Below, piece by piece: positions 29,665-39,307 of a stretch of DNA of 64,000 nt. The notes beneath the pieces were generated by a model. That model searched no databases and was not told the origin of the DNA. It saw nothing but the letters and a program-made list of their open reading frames with translations. Source of the DNA: an uncultured Christensenellaceae bacterium. Lineage in GTDB: Bacteria; Bacillota; Clostridia; Christensenellales; SZUA-584. Made by a program: the position numbers and the translations under genes. Positions within the stretch are counted from its first letter, which is position 1. Each line of letters opens with the position of its first letter. The stretch lies in the NCBI GenBank assembly GCA_964586785.1, contig CAZPHS010000002.1, positions 74,502-138,501 on the forward strand, read 5' to 3'.

Positions 29665-29811
29665 GTATACCCTCTTTGTTTTGTTACTTGCCGCATATCA
29701 ATGCATTATACTCCAAACATAAGCGCAATATCAACAAAAAAGGCTTAAAGTATTTAAATTTGCGGACAGACACATTATAATAAATGTTAATAATAATAGT
29801 GAGGTATCGTT

Positions 29812-30618
29812 ATGGAAAAGGCGGACAGAAAAACCCGGCTGGCAATAGTGTCGGCCATGCTGCTTAACGAGCCCGGGCGGTCTTTTCAGCTAAAAGTCTT
29901 CTGCGATAAATTCGGAGCCGCCAAATCGACAATGAGCGAAGATATATCTATGCTTAAAAATATGTTTAAAAAGTTCGGCCAGGGCGAAATTGAAGTGTCT
30001 CTCGGCGCGGGCGGCGGTGTACGATATGTTCCTTCGCTTTCTCCCGAGCAAAAAACAGCCTTGCTGTACGATGTGTCCGCGCGTTTGTCAGACCCTTCGC
30101 GTATACTGCCCGGCGGATATATTTATACCGTTGATATTCTTTCAAACCCCAAGTACTTAGGCCCCATGGCGGATATGCTCGCGGCCATGTTTGTTCGCGC
30201 CAACGCTGATTTTGTGGTTACCGTTGAAACAAAAGGAGTCGCGCTTGCGCTGCTTGTAGCGCGCGCCCTTGGAAAACCGCTTGTGGTGGCAAGGCGTGAT
30301 TTAAAAATAACCGAAGGGTCGGTGGTCACAATAAATTATCTTGCGAATTCATCAAGGCGCATGATGACTATGTCGCTTTCTAAGCGCGCCGTAAGCGCGG
30401 GGCAAAAAGCGCTTATAATAGATGATTTTATTGCCGGAGGCGGCACCGTTCACGCCCTTTGTGAAATGATGAGAGAGTTCTCCATAACCGTTGTCGGCAG
30501 CGGCGCCGCAATTGTTACCCGCCTGCCAGAAAAAAAGCAGATTGACGGCTATAAAGCGCTGCTACAACTTGAGGATATTGACGAGGCATCTCAAAGAATT
30601 ATTATACATCCCGTATAA
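29812..30618 (+). CDS. purR: Pur operon repressor
   Basis: N-terminal PurR wHTH (RLAIVSAMLL...), C-terminal PRT domain ALIIDDFIAGGGT, 268 aa. Confidence 0.88.
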   Translation: MEKADRKTRLAIVSAMLLNEPGRSFQLKVFCDKFGAAKSTMSEDISMLKNMFKKFGQGEIEVSLGAGGGVRYVPSLSPEQKTALLYDVSARLSDPSRILPGGYIYTVDILSNPKYLGPMADMLAAMFVRANADFVVTVETKGVALALLVARALGKPLVVARRDLKITEGSVVTINYLANSSRRMMTMSLSKRAVSAGQKALIIDDFIAGGGTVHALCEMMREFSITVVGSGAAIVTRLPEKKQIDGYKALLQLEDIDEASQRIIIHPV

Positions 30619-31978
30619 GCTGTTCCGCTTTTGTTATCTGTTCTATGCATTTGTCAAACAAGCCCAATTCGTCAAGCGCAAAAGCGACGCTATACCTTCT
30701 CCGGTAGTCTTTACTGCAAATAAGCGCCTTTTTAAGCCGGCTGACGTCTATACCCGCTTGCGCGGCATAAGCCGGCGCGCCAAGCTTCTTGAGCACGCAG
30801 ACTACATCAATGTGTTTGGGCAGCTTAGAGACGCTGTCGTTCCTGTACCGCTCATGGCAGTCCGCCAATGCGTCAATACGTCTTCCCAGTTCTTTTTTGC
30901 TTATGTACCAATACCTGTTTTCTCGCAAAACCTGTTTTCCTATACCTTTAGGATATCCGTCGACAATCAATTTCCTTTTTTCACCGCGCTTTATTCTCTC
31001 CGCAAAAATACGCGCTTTATCCGCCTTTGAAGGCCTTGCGTTGTAAAGCATTTCGTGCAGCATAAGCGCGTATACAAGTCCTATTCCCGCGCTTATTCCG
31101 TGCGGCGGCGCGCATCCCCCATATGCAAGCTTGCTTATTTCAAAATAATGCGCCATATTGTGCTCATAAGAAGCTACGGGGCGCGTATCCCCCACAATAA
31201 GAACGGTAAGACCGGCTAGTACCAGCGATTCTATAAGCGCCTGTGCGCCAATCTCGCTGCTGCGCGCAATCTCATCAACATTTTTCGCACATATTTCAAG
31301 AGCCTGCTCAACAAGGCCGGCGCAAAGCGGGCAATAGCGCTCTCCCGCGACATCGCGGCCAAGCCGCCAATCTGCCAACACATTATATTTAGCGAACACA
31401 TCGCCGACGCCCGCGGCACTCATAAGCGGCGGAGCCGCCGCCAGTATAAAAGTATCAAACATAAGCAGCCGGGCGGCATGCCCATACCTTGATATTTTCA
31501 TACCGCCCTCGAGCATTGACGATGTTATTGACGTATAAGCGTCCATTGATGCCGCCGTGCCAAACACCGCGAAAGGTATATTCGCTAAAAAAGCGCTGCG
31601 CCGCGTCAAGTCCGTAATAACGCCCGAGCCTACGGCCAGCAGGAATTCAATATCACCGTCAAGCTTGGACATAATATGCTTTACCATATCAGGGATCGGC
31701 TCTATATTCTCTCCTTTAAGCACGCACAAACGGCAGTCAAACCCGTCGCTTTGCAGAGACTTAAAAATATTGGCCGCCGCCACCGAATGCGTATTGCTGT
31801 CGGCGACAATAAGCGCCTTTTTCCCAAGTCCGCTTCTTGATATGCAATAGGCGCAGTTATTAATAAGTCCCCGCCTGATATAAATATCCATTTTAGGCGC
31901 GGCGTGGTTAAATCCGCAATCGCACTCCGTATTTTCCAGCCATATTCTTCCGTCCTTTCGGACAATATCGGCTCTCAT
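30602..31978 (-). CDS. Iron-containing alcohol dehydrogenase family protein, sn-glycerol-1-phosphate dehydrogenase (AraM)-like
   Basis: KALIVADSNT...LLAVGSGVITDLTR nucleotide-binding pattern and metal-ligand histidines (YEHNMAHYFE). The 3' end overlaps purR by 17 nt. Confidence 0.65.
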   Translation of the reverse strand: MRADIVRKDGRIWLENTECDCGFNHAAPKMDIYIRRGLINNCAYCISRSGLGKKALIVADSNTHSVAAANIFKSLQSDGFDCRLCVLKGENIEPIPDMVKHIMSKLDGDIEFLLAVGSGVITDLTRRSAFLANIPFAVFGTAASMDAYTSITSSMLEGGMKISRYGHAARLLMFDTFILAAAPPLMSAAGVGDVFAKYNVLADWRLGRDVAGERYCPLCAGLVEQALEICAKNVDEIARSSEIGAQALIESLVLAGLTVLIVGDTRPVASYEHNMAHYFEISKLAYGGCAPPHGISAGIGLVYALMLHEMLYNARPSKADKARIFAERIKRGEKRKLIVDGYPKGIGKQVLRENRYWYISKKELGRRIDALADCHERYRNDSVSKLPKHIDVVCVLKKLGAPAYAAQAGIDVSRLKKALICSKDYRRRYSVAFALDELGLFDKCIEQITKAEQLIRDV

Positions 31979-32264
31979 ATGTTATACCGGTCCATATTTA
32001 TTTTTTCCTTAATGACGGTTGCCGTCCGCGATATATCCCCATAACGGGAATAACGGTTAAGTCGTATGAATCTCACCCAATATTTTCTTTTCATTTTATA
32101 GACACGCCGTAAAAAAAGCAATGCTATATAAAACCTTGTCGGGCTATATGTAAACAGCTTCCGCGCGCTTGCGCGAAGGCGCCGCCGCATATATAATATA
32201 ATTAAATTTTAAAATCGCAAAATAATTATTTTACATAGTAACGGGCAGATAAAAAGAGGAGCGT

Positions 32265-33254
32265 ATGAACAGGGAATATGAACTCGTTTTGCATCCGCGT
32301 TTAAAGCATATCTGCTGCTTTATAGTAGATATCGACTACCGCACGCCGCACTTGCACAGAGAGATAGAATTAAGTCTGGTTTTAAGCGGGTCCCTTATTG
32401 TCACCACACAACGGGAGACGGCGAGTTTTCCCGAGGGAAGCGTTATTCTTCTAAATACAAACCAAGTACACGAATACAAAGCCGCCGATGCCAGCTCCCG
32501 TATGCTATGCATACAGGTATCCCCGCAATTCTGCCGGGACAGCTTCCCTTCTCTGTTAAATATGCGCTTTTCGGATTTTCGCCTGCGGGAGTATCTGCCG
32601 CCGTGCGAGTACAAACACTTTCGCGCCCTTATGATTGAGTTCGCCTGCAGTTACTGCCGCGGCTTTGCGGGTTATGAGCTGGAATGCATGGCTTTGCTTT
32701 ATCTTATTTTAAACCGTCTTATTAAACGCATTCCAAACAAAGCTCTGCCCGATGATGAAATAAATCGTTCACAGGAGAGGGAAAAACGGCTCGGCCGTAT
32801 TTTAAATTATATAGACGCAAACTATATGAATAAGATACAGCTCGCGGATATTGCAAACAGCGAACATATATCAACCTACTATCTTTCCCATTTTTTCACC
32901 AAGCATTTTAATCAATCGTTTCAAAAATATTTATTGCAAATACGTGTGCAGCGCGCGCGAGTACTTTTAACGTCCACTGATAAACGTCTTATCGATATTT
33001 GCTTAGAGTGCGGATTTTCTGATTACCGCTACCTTAACCGCGCTTTTAAAGAGCAGTTCGGTTGTGCGCCAAATGAATACCGCGGCCGGCACAGACTGGT
33101 AAACGGCAAACCGCGTGAAGGTTCTCACATGTCTGTGGAACGTTTTTTACCGGAAACGGAAATGCTTTGCGTTCTTAAAGCGCAAAAAGACGCGTATGCC
33201 GAAGAATTTACCGAGCTGTCAAAGCTTTTAATTACGCGGCAATCAGCAATATAA
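32265..33254 (+). CDS. AraC family transcriptional regulator (cupin sensor plus HTH)
   Basis: C-terminal double HTH: ADIANSEHISTYYLSHFFTK...GFSDYRYLNRAFKEQFG. Confidence 0.85.
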   Translation: MNREYELVLHPRLKHICCFIVDIDYRTPHLHREIELSLVLSGSLIVTTQRETASFPEGSVILLNTNQVHEYKAADASSRMLCIQVSPQFCRDSFPSLLNMRFSDFRLREYLPPCEYKHFRALMIEFACSYCRGFAGYELECMALLYLILNRLIKRIPNKALPDDEINRSQEREKRLGRILNYIDANYMNKIQLADIANSEHISTYYLSHFFTKHFNQSFQKYLLQIRVQRARVLLTSTDKRLIDICLECGFSDYRYLNRAFKEQFGCAPNEYRGRHRLVNGKPREGSHMSVERFLPETEMLCVLKAQKDAYAEEFTELSKLLITRQSAI

Positions 33255-33399
33255 TAGCTTTTCCACAGCAAACTTCGCATAGACAAAAATACATGTGTAG
33301 TATAACTTTGTTATATAAGCGGCGCGGATCTGTTTTTGGCGATACCGCGTTTACATAACACAATCCGTATCCGAAAATCAAAAACAGGAGAAGTAAGTT

Positions 33400-34710
33400 A
33401 TGAAACGTTATAACGAAATCAAAAATGTACCATATGCCGGACCGTCCGGCCGGGATCCTTTTTCATTCCGCCATTATGACGCAAACGCGCCCATATTAGG
33501 CAAACCAATGAAACAGCATCTAAAATTCGCCATGAGCTGGTGGCATACAATCGTAGGAAGCGGCACGGATATGTTCGGCAGGGATACTATCGACAAATCC
33601 TTCGGCAAGACTGAAGCGATGGCAAAATGCAAAGCAAAAGCCGATTTCGCGTTCGATCTGATGGATAAACTGGGAATCGAGTATTATTGTTTCCATGATA
33701 CGGATATCGCGCCCGAAGGCAGAACACTTGCCGAAAGCACGGACAATCTAAGCGAGATTACCGAATATCTGCTGTACAAACAAAAACAACACGGCAAATC
33801 GCTGCTGTGGGGCACGGCCAACATGTTTTCCGATAAAAAATTCATGTCCGGCGCTGCAACGAGCTGCTTTGCAGATGTGTTTGCTTTAGCCGCGGGAAAG
33901 GTTAAAGCCGCTCTTGACGCAACCATACGCCTTGGAGGTAACGGTTATGTATTTTGGGGCGGGCGCGAGGGTTACGACACGCTCATCAATACCAATGTGG
34001 AGCTAGAGCTTGATAATCTTGGGCGTTTCTTGTCCATGGCGCGGGATTACGGGCGCGCGAACGGTTTTTTAGGTGATTTTTATATAGAGCCTAAACCAAA
34101 GGAGCCTACCAAACACCAGTATGATTTTGACGTGGCGGCATGTGTCAACTTTTTGCGCAAGAACAACCTTATCGACGATTTTCGAATGAACATAGAAGCG
34201 AACCATGCGACGCTTGCCGGTCATACCTTCCAGCACGAGCTTCGTATGGCCAGGGTCAACAATGTATTCGGCTCAATTGACGCCAATCAGGGAGACCTTC
34301 TTCTCGGCTGGGATACCGATCAATTTCCTACCAACGTATACGAAACCACACTGTGCATGCTTGAGGTTTTGCAGGCAGGCGGCTTTACAAACGGCGGCTT
34401 AAATTTTGACGCAAAAACAAGGCGTGCCAGCAATACTTTTGAGGATATACTTTTTGCGTATATAGCGGGCATGGACGCTTTTGCGCTGGGTCTTAAAAAG
34501 GCAGTCCGTATACTTGAAGACGGCAGGCTTGCGGCTTTTGTGCAGGAACGCTATGCCTCCTACAACGAAGGCGTCGGCCGCCGTATTATAGAAGGGCGCG
34601 AAACCCTTAAAACCTTATATGAATACGCAAAAAACATAGAAAGTTTTCCGGTGCAAAGCGGAAGGCAGGAATATCTGGAAAGCATACTTAACGACATACT
34701 GTTCTCATAA
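33400..34710 (+). CDS. xylA: Xylose isomerase
   Basis: Class II XylA pattern FSFRHYD...[10 protein letters not shown]...FHDTD...[14 protein letters not shown]...[18 protein letters not shown]. Confidence 0.95.
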   Translation: MKRYNEIKNVPYAGPSGRDPFSFRHYDANAPILGKPMKQHLKFAMSWWHTIVGSGTDMFGRDTIDKSFGKTEAMAKCKAKADFAFDLMDKLGIEYYCFHDTDIAPEGRTLAESTDNLSEITEYLLYKQKQHGKSLLWGTANMFSDKKFMSGAATSCFADVFALAAGKVKAALDATIRLGGNGYVFWGGREGYDTLINTNVELELDNLGRFLSMARDYGRANGFLGDFYIEPKPKEPTKHQYDFDVAACVNFLRKNNLIDDFRMNIEANHATLAGHTFQHELRMARVNNVFGSIDANQGDLLLGWDTDQFPTNVYETTLCMLEVLQAGGFTNGGLNFDAKTRRASNTFEDILFAYIAGMDAFALGLKKAVRILEDGRLAAFVQERYASYNEGVGRRIIEGRETLKTLYEYAKNIESFPVQSGRQEYLESILNDILFS

Positions 34711-34721
34711 AGGAGGCGAAA

Positions 34722-36167
34722 ATGTTTTTAGGCGTAGATTTGGGCACAAGCTCGGTTAAGCTGCTGCTTGCGGACAGCGAAGGACGCATTATCGACCAGG
34801 CAAGCGCGGAATATACAATCAGTTACCCAAAAGAGCATTGGAGCGAGCAAAATCCCGAGGATTGGTGGAAAGGCTTTTGCTGTGCGCTTTCAATCTTATC
34901 GGACAGGCAAAATACAGGCCGCGTCACCCACATAAGTTTTTCCGGCCAAATGCATGGGCTGGTGCTGCTTGATAACGCGGATTGTATAATACGTCCCGCT
35001 ATCCTTTGGAACGACGGCAGAACAGCCGATGAATGCACATACCTAAACGAGAATACAGGACGGGATAAGCTTATATCATTAACGGGCAACATCGCGCTAA
35101 CCGGCTTTACCGGACCAAAAATACTGTGGCTGCGCAGGAACGAACCCGAAAACTTCGGCCGCATAGCCAAACTGATGCTGCCAAAGGATTATATTGCTTA
35201 CCGGCTTACCGGCGTTTTCGCAACGGATGTCTCGGACGCTTCCGGCACTCTGTTTTTCGATGTAAAGAACCGGCAATGGTCTAAGCCTATGCTTGATATC
35301 CTGGAAATCCGGCCGGAACAACTGCCAAAGGTATACGAGAGCGGCGATATAATAGGTAATATTCGAAATAATATAGCGTCAGAGCTTAGCCTTGCACCAA
35401 ATACCCTTGTAATAATCGGAGGGGGCGATCAGGCCATGGGGGCTATAGGCGCGGGCGCCGTTGGCGAGGGAGCGGTATCGATAAACCTTGGCACAAGCGG
35501 TGTGGTATTTATTAATTCCAAAAAATATACCCTTGTAGGCGATGCGTTGCATTCATTTTGCAATGCTTGCGGCTCTTATCATCTTATGGGCGTAACCCTC
35601 TCTTGCGCGGGCTCCGCAAAATGGTGGGCAGAGGATGTGCTTAAAACCGGCGATTACGCCGCGCTTTTCGCGGGGCTGTCCCGAATGCCGATTGATTCGC
35701 TTATTTTCCTGCCTTATTTAATGGGCGAGCGCAGCCCTATCAACGACCCAAACGCGCAGGGTATGCTCTTTGGGCTTAACGCCGGACATAACAGGCAAAC
35801 CGTCACCAAGGCAATTTTGGAAGGCGTTTGCTTCTCTTTGCGTGATTGTGTAGAAACCGCCCGTGAAGGCGGTGTACGCATCGCTTCGGCGCGTGTTATC
35901 GGCGGCGGCTCACATTCAGAAGATTGGATACAGATTCTCTCGGATGTTATTGGAATTCCCCTTTTTCTAATAAACACCAGCGAAGGCGGCGGGCTTGGCG
36001 CAATCATACTCTGCATGGTTGCGTCCGGCAAATTTGCTGATGTCGCCTCTGCGTGCGATGCGCTTATAACCGTAACGCGAAAGTTTGAGCCGGATACAGA
36101 AAAACACGCCGCTTATAAAGAAAAATTCCGCTTGTATAAGCGCGTGTACATGCAAAACAGGTTTTAA
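34722..36167 (+). CDS. xylB: Xylulokinase (FGGY family)
   Basis: MFLGVDLGTSSVKLLL N-terminus, ISFSGQMHG, FGGY C-terminal motif; directly follows xylA. Confidence 0.9.
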   Translation: MFLGVDLGTSSVKLLLADSEGRIIDQASAEYTISYPKEHWSEQNPEDWWKGFCCALSILSDRQNTGRVTHISFSGQMHGLVLLDNADCIIRPAILWNDGRTADECTYLNENTGRDKLISLTGNIALTGFTGPKILWLRRNEPENFGRIAKLMLPKDYIAYRLTGVFATDVSDASGTLFFDVKNRQWSKPMLDILEIRPEQLPKVYESGDIIGNIRNNIASELSLAPNTLVIIGGGDQAMGAIGAGAVGEGAVSINLGTSGVVFINSKKYTLVGDALHSFCNACGSYHLMGVTLSCAGSAKWWAEDVLKTGDYAALFAGLSRMPIDSLIFLPYLMGERSPINDPNAQGMLFGLNAGHNRQTVTKAILEGVCFSLRDCVETAREGGVRIASARVIGGGSHSEDWIQILSDVIGIPLFLINTSEGGGLGAIILCMVASGKFADVASACDALITVTRKFEPDTEKHAAYKEKFRLYKRVYMQNRF

Positions 36168-36198
36168 CCACTTAAGCTTTGTTTTTATATTCATTTTA

Positions 36199-37698
36199 TT
36201 AGTCCGCAGACCCTTTGTTAACGCGGATTTTTACATACCCGCTTTCTCCCTGTTTATTTGCCTCGCAAAAAGCAGCTATAATAACGCCCGTAAAGCCTTC
36301 GCATACCTCCGAAGATAAATACTTGGTTTGCGCGCCGCCAAGCTTTTTACATTTACCTGTTTTATCGTAACCAAATAAGCGGTAGTTATATGGGTCGCCC
36401 TGAATTTTTAACCGCGCTTTTGAGTTGTTATCTATGTCAAGCGTGCGGAAAGATAACAAAATACCGCCAATTGTCGCCGAGCCCGCAATCGCGCACATGT
36501 CTTCACCTTTCAGTACATAAACGTCATAATGGTTTTCTTCGCTGTAATAAGCGGTGATGCCCGCGGTTTGTCCGGCTTTCATCGTAGAGGTTTCAACCGT
36601 AATTTCCGCGACACAATCAAAATCTGTTTGACGCATTCCCACAAAAGTAACATTCCCCGTGCCGCTTAGTTTATCAATTGAGCCTTTTAGGCAGAGGATA
36701 TCCTCATCTTCGAAACGGTAACTGTCCGCATCGGGGCAACGCAAATAACAAGCTTTCTTTTTATCCAACGTCCAATAAAAAGTCGGATAGACGGGGTCTT
36801 CCAAACGCCTGCAAGAACCGTTTTCCACATCATACGAACCTCTTGTCGTACCATCGTCGCCTGCAGAAAGCCATTTGTCTTTTGTCCAAAAAGCCGGCGC
36901 TAAGAATACTTCTCTGCCAAGATGGTGAAACGGGCGCCATTTGTTTATCTGCCTGAAAGCTAAGTGCACCAGCCACCACCGCCCCTGTTCGTCTTCGACA
37001 AGTTCGGCATGTCCGGCGCCTTGAATGTAATATCCTCCCAAATTACGATTTGTGAGAATAGGGTTATGGGGACAGCTTTCGTAATCACCGTAAATTTCTT
37101 TGCTTCGTAAAAGGCATACCATGTGCCCATACTCCGTTCCGCCCTCAGACACCAATAAATAATAGTAGTCCCCGATTCGATAAATATGCGGAGCCTCAAG
37201 GAAACGGCCGCCGGTTCCTTGCGAAACGCATTTTGCTTCATTTAGAATCTTGCCGGTGTCCATGTCAATTTCACAAACAAAAACACCTTCTTTGCCATTG
37301 TCGGTTAAACCGTTGCTTATAAAGTACGACTTACCGCCGTCAAAAAATAAGGAAGGGTCAATGCCGGGGCGATTAACAAATATAGGGGCAGACCACTCGC
37401 CGTAAATATCATCCGTATAAACATAAAAATGCCCGCCAAAGCTGACATTTGTAACTATCATATAAAACCTTCCCTTATTATAACGAATCGTGGGCGCAAA
37501 CAAACCGCCGGATGCAACAACTCCGGTTAAATCCAATTGGTCCCTGCGTGTAATACAGTGCCCGATTTGCTCCCAGTCCACGAGATTTTTACTCTTAAAT
37601 AACGGAATGCCGGGAAAGAACTGAAAAGTGCTGCATACCATATAAAAGCTGCCCTTAGCATAGCATACGCTAGGATCCGGATAAAAGCCCTTCAGCAC
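36199..37698 (-). CDS. GH43 beta-xylosidase/alpha-L-arabinofuranosidase with C-terminal beta-sandwich
   Basis: (NPV)LKGFYPDPSV N-terminus typical of GH43. No signal peptide. Start uncertain (GTG at 37698; see findings). Confidence 0.85.
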   Translation of the reverse strand: MLKGFYPDPSVCYAKGSFYMVCSTFQFFPGIPLFKSKNLVDWEQIGHCITRRDQLDLTGVVASGGLFAPTIRYNKGRFYMIVTNVSFGGHFYVYTDDIYGEWSAPIFVNRPGIDPSLFFDGGKSYFISNGLTDNGKEGVFVCEIDMDTGKILNEAKCVSQGTGGRFLEAPHIYRIGDYYYLLVSEGGTEYGHMVCLLRSKEIYGDYESCPHNPILTNRNLGGYYIQGAGHAELVEDEQGRWWLVHLAFRQINKWRPFHHLGREVFLAPAFWTKDKWLSAGDDGTTRGSYDVENGSCRRLEDPVYPTFYWTLDKKKACYLRCPDADSYRFEDEDILCLKGSIDKLSGTGNVTFVGMRQTDFDCVAEITVETSTMKAGQTAGITAYYSEENHYDVYVLKGEDMCAIAGSATIGGILLSFRTLDIDNNSKARLKIQGDPYNYRLFGYDKTGKCKKLGGAQTKYLSSEVCEGFTGVIIAAFCEANKQGESGYVKIRVNKGSAD

Positions 37699-37754
37699 AG
37701 GATTAGAATATCTCGTAATATACTCCTTCGCATAAATTATCCGCTAAAGCGTCA

Positions 37755-39218
37755 TTAAGAAAGCTTAATATCAAAAACGATGGGAAGCCCGCTTTTTACT
37801 GTCTTTGTTTTAATCGCCAGCCCCTTTTCTGATTTGTGCCATTCGGGTTTCTCGTTAAACCCCAACACTTTGACATCTTTGATTAACCCATGAAAATCCG
37901 GCCGATTCTGGTCTGTGGAATCCGCAAGCGCGCGTATCAATACGCGCCCGTCTTCCGGATAACGCAGCGCAAAAACATAGATTGAACTGCCGCGCACCGT
38001 AAAACGAAAATCCTCCCGGGTATAATCTTTCTCCGCTTCCGAGAACTGTCCTTCCGCCTCAACCGTCGGCCCTTCGCCGGATATGCGCCATACCTTACTT
38101 GAATAGACGGCCTCTCCGTTTAGCTCCATCCACCGGCCGATTTCTTCAAGTATGTCACGTTCGTTGTCAGATATTGATCCGTCGGGCTTAGGACCTACGT
38201 TAAGCAGAAAATTACCATTTTTGCTTATGGTATCAATCAAACCACAAAGAATTTCCCGAGCAGATTTTAAATCAAGATTATCCGTGTAGCACCAAGAGTT
38301 CCTGGCTATCGATGTATCCGTCTGCCATACGTAGGGCTTGGCCTGTGCAAATCGTCCCCTTTCAATATTGACAATAGCGCTGCCGAACATCATAGCGTCA
38401 TGTTTGTATGTGATTGCAACCGAACGGTTCCATTGCACGCCGCGGTTATAGTAGTACGCGGCAAGTTTCCGTATATAAGGCTTAAAAGCTTCATGCTGTA
38501 TCCACCAGTCAAAATACAAAAGCGCGGGACAATATCTGTCTATCAGCTCACAAGTGCGCGCAAGCCAGTCTTGCAAATACTCTTGAGTAGGATAAGGGCT
38601 GCCACATAAATCGTTGTGGGACGGCTCAGGCATTGCGGGCCAGTAAAAATCTCCGCGGCAAAGCGGTTCGCGGATATCGCTATCAAAGTTTTTCCCGCCG
38701 CCCATAAAAAACCAGTGCTCGGCGCGATGCGAAGATACCGCGAAATGAAGTCCTTGCGCAGCTGCCGCCTTTTTAATCTCCCCAAGAATATCACGCTTAG
38801 GTCCCTTTTCGTATGCGTTGTATCTTGAAATATCGCTTTTATACATCTGGAATCCGTCATGGTGCTCTGCCACCGCAACAATATAACGCGCCCCGGCTTT
38901 ACGGAAAAGCGACGTCCATTCACCGGCGTTAAATCTTTCCGCCGTAAAAAGCGGAATAAAATCCTTATACCCAAACGTTTTATGCTCTCCATATGTGCTT
39001 ATATGATGGCAATACTCAGGCGTATCTTTAATATACATGTTGCGCGGATACCATTCATTAGAAAAGGCCGGCACGGAGTATAACCCCCAATGAACAAAGA
39101 TACCGAATTTTGCGGAACGAAACCAAGCGGGCGCCTCAAAATTTCCAAGCGAGCCCCAATCGTCACGAAAAGGACCGCCCGTTATGCATTCTTCTATTTT
39201 TTTAAGGTACGCTTCCAT
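37755..39218 (-). CDS. GH29 alpha-L-fucosidase
   Basis: AKFGIFVHWGLYSVPAFSNEWYPRNMY and the HHDGF motif. No signal peptide. Confidence 0.9.
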   Translation of the reverse strand: MEAYLKKIEECITGGPFRDDWGSLGNFEAPAWFRSAKFGIFVHWGLYSVPAFSNEWYPRNMYIKDTPEYCHHISTYGEHKTFGYKDFIPLFTAERFNAGEWTSLFRKAGARYIVAVAEHHDGFQMYKSDISRYNAYEKGPKRDILGEIKKAAAAQGLHFAVSSHRAEHWFFMGGGKNFDSDIREPLCRGDFYWPAMPEPSHNDLCGSPYPTQEYLQDWLARTCELIDRYCPALLYFDWWIQHEAFKPYIRKLAAYYYNRGVQWNRSVAITYKHDAMMFGSAIVNIERGRFAQAKPYVWQTDTSIARNSWCYTDNLDLKSAREILCGLIDTISKNGNFLLNVGPKPDGSISDNERDILEEIGRWMELNGEAVYSSKVWRISGEGPTVEAEGQFSEAEKDYTREDFRFTVRGSSIYVFALRYPEDGRVLIRALADSTDQNRPDFHGLIKDVKVLGFNEKPEWHKSEKGLAIKTKTVKSGLPIVFDIKLS

Positions 39219-39307
39219 GCTTTATTCCTCAATGCCGATAATCACCTTTGCGGCACACAGACCGCCCTTATCCGCGCCTTTAGTAATACAGCGTGCAACA
39301 ATACTTT

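Noticed and set aside
31975-32190. A 71-aa very basic ORF whose TGA overlaps the ATG of the G1P-dehydrogenase-like gene (ATGA), suggesting a coupled leader peptide or small protein.
   Set aside because: Neither the first nor the internal Met has an SD. The composition (R/K/Y/I/F) is what an AT-rich intergenic region yields by chance. It is more likely promoter or UTR sequence for the divergent araC and dehydrogenase genes.
33366-33388. A 12-nt match (CCGTATCCGAAA) between the xylA upstream region and the LacI operator O1 flank, suggesting a third operator.
   Set aside because: The xylA copy continues as ATCAAAAAC and lacks the second half-site, so it is not palindromic. A short match like this may be coincidental.
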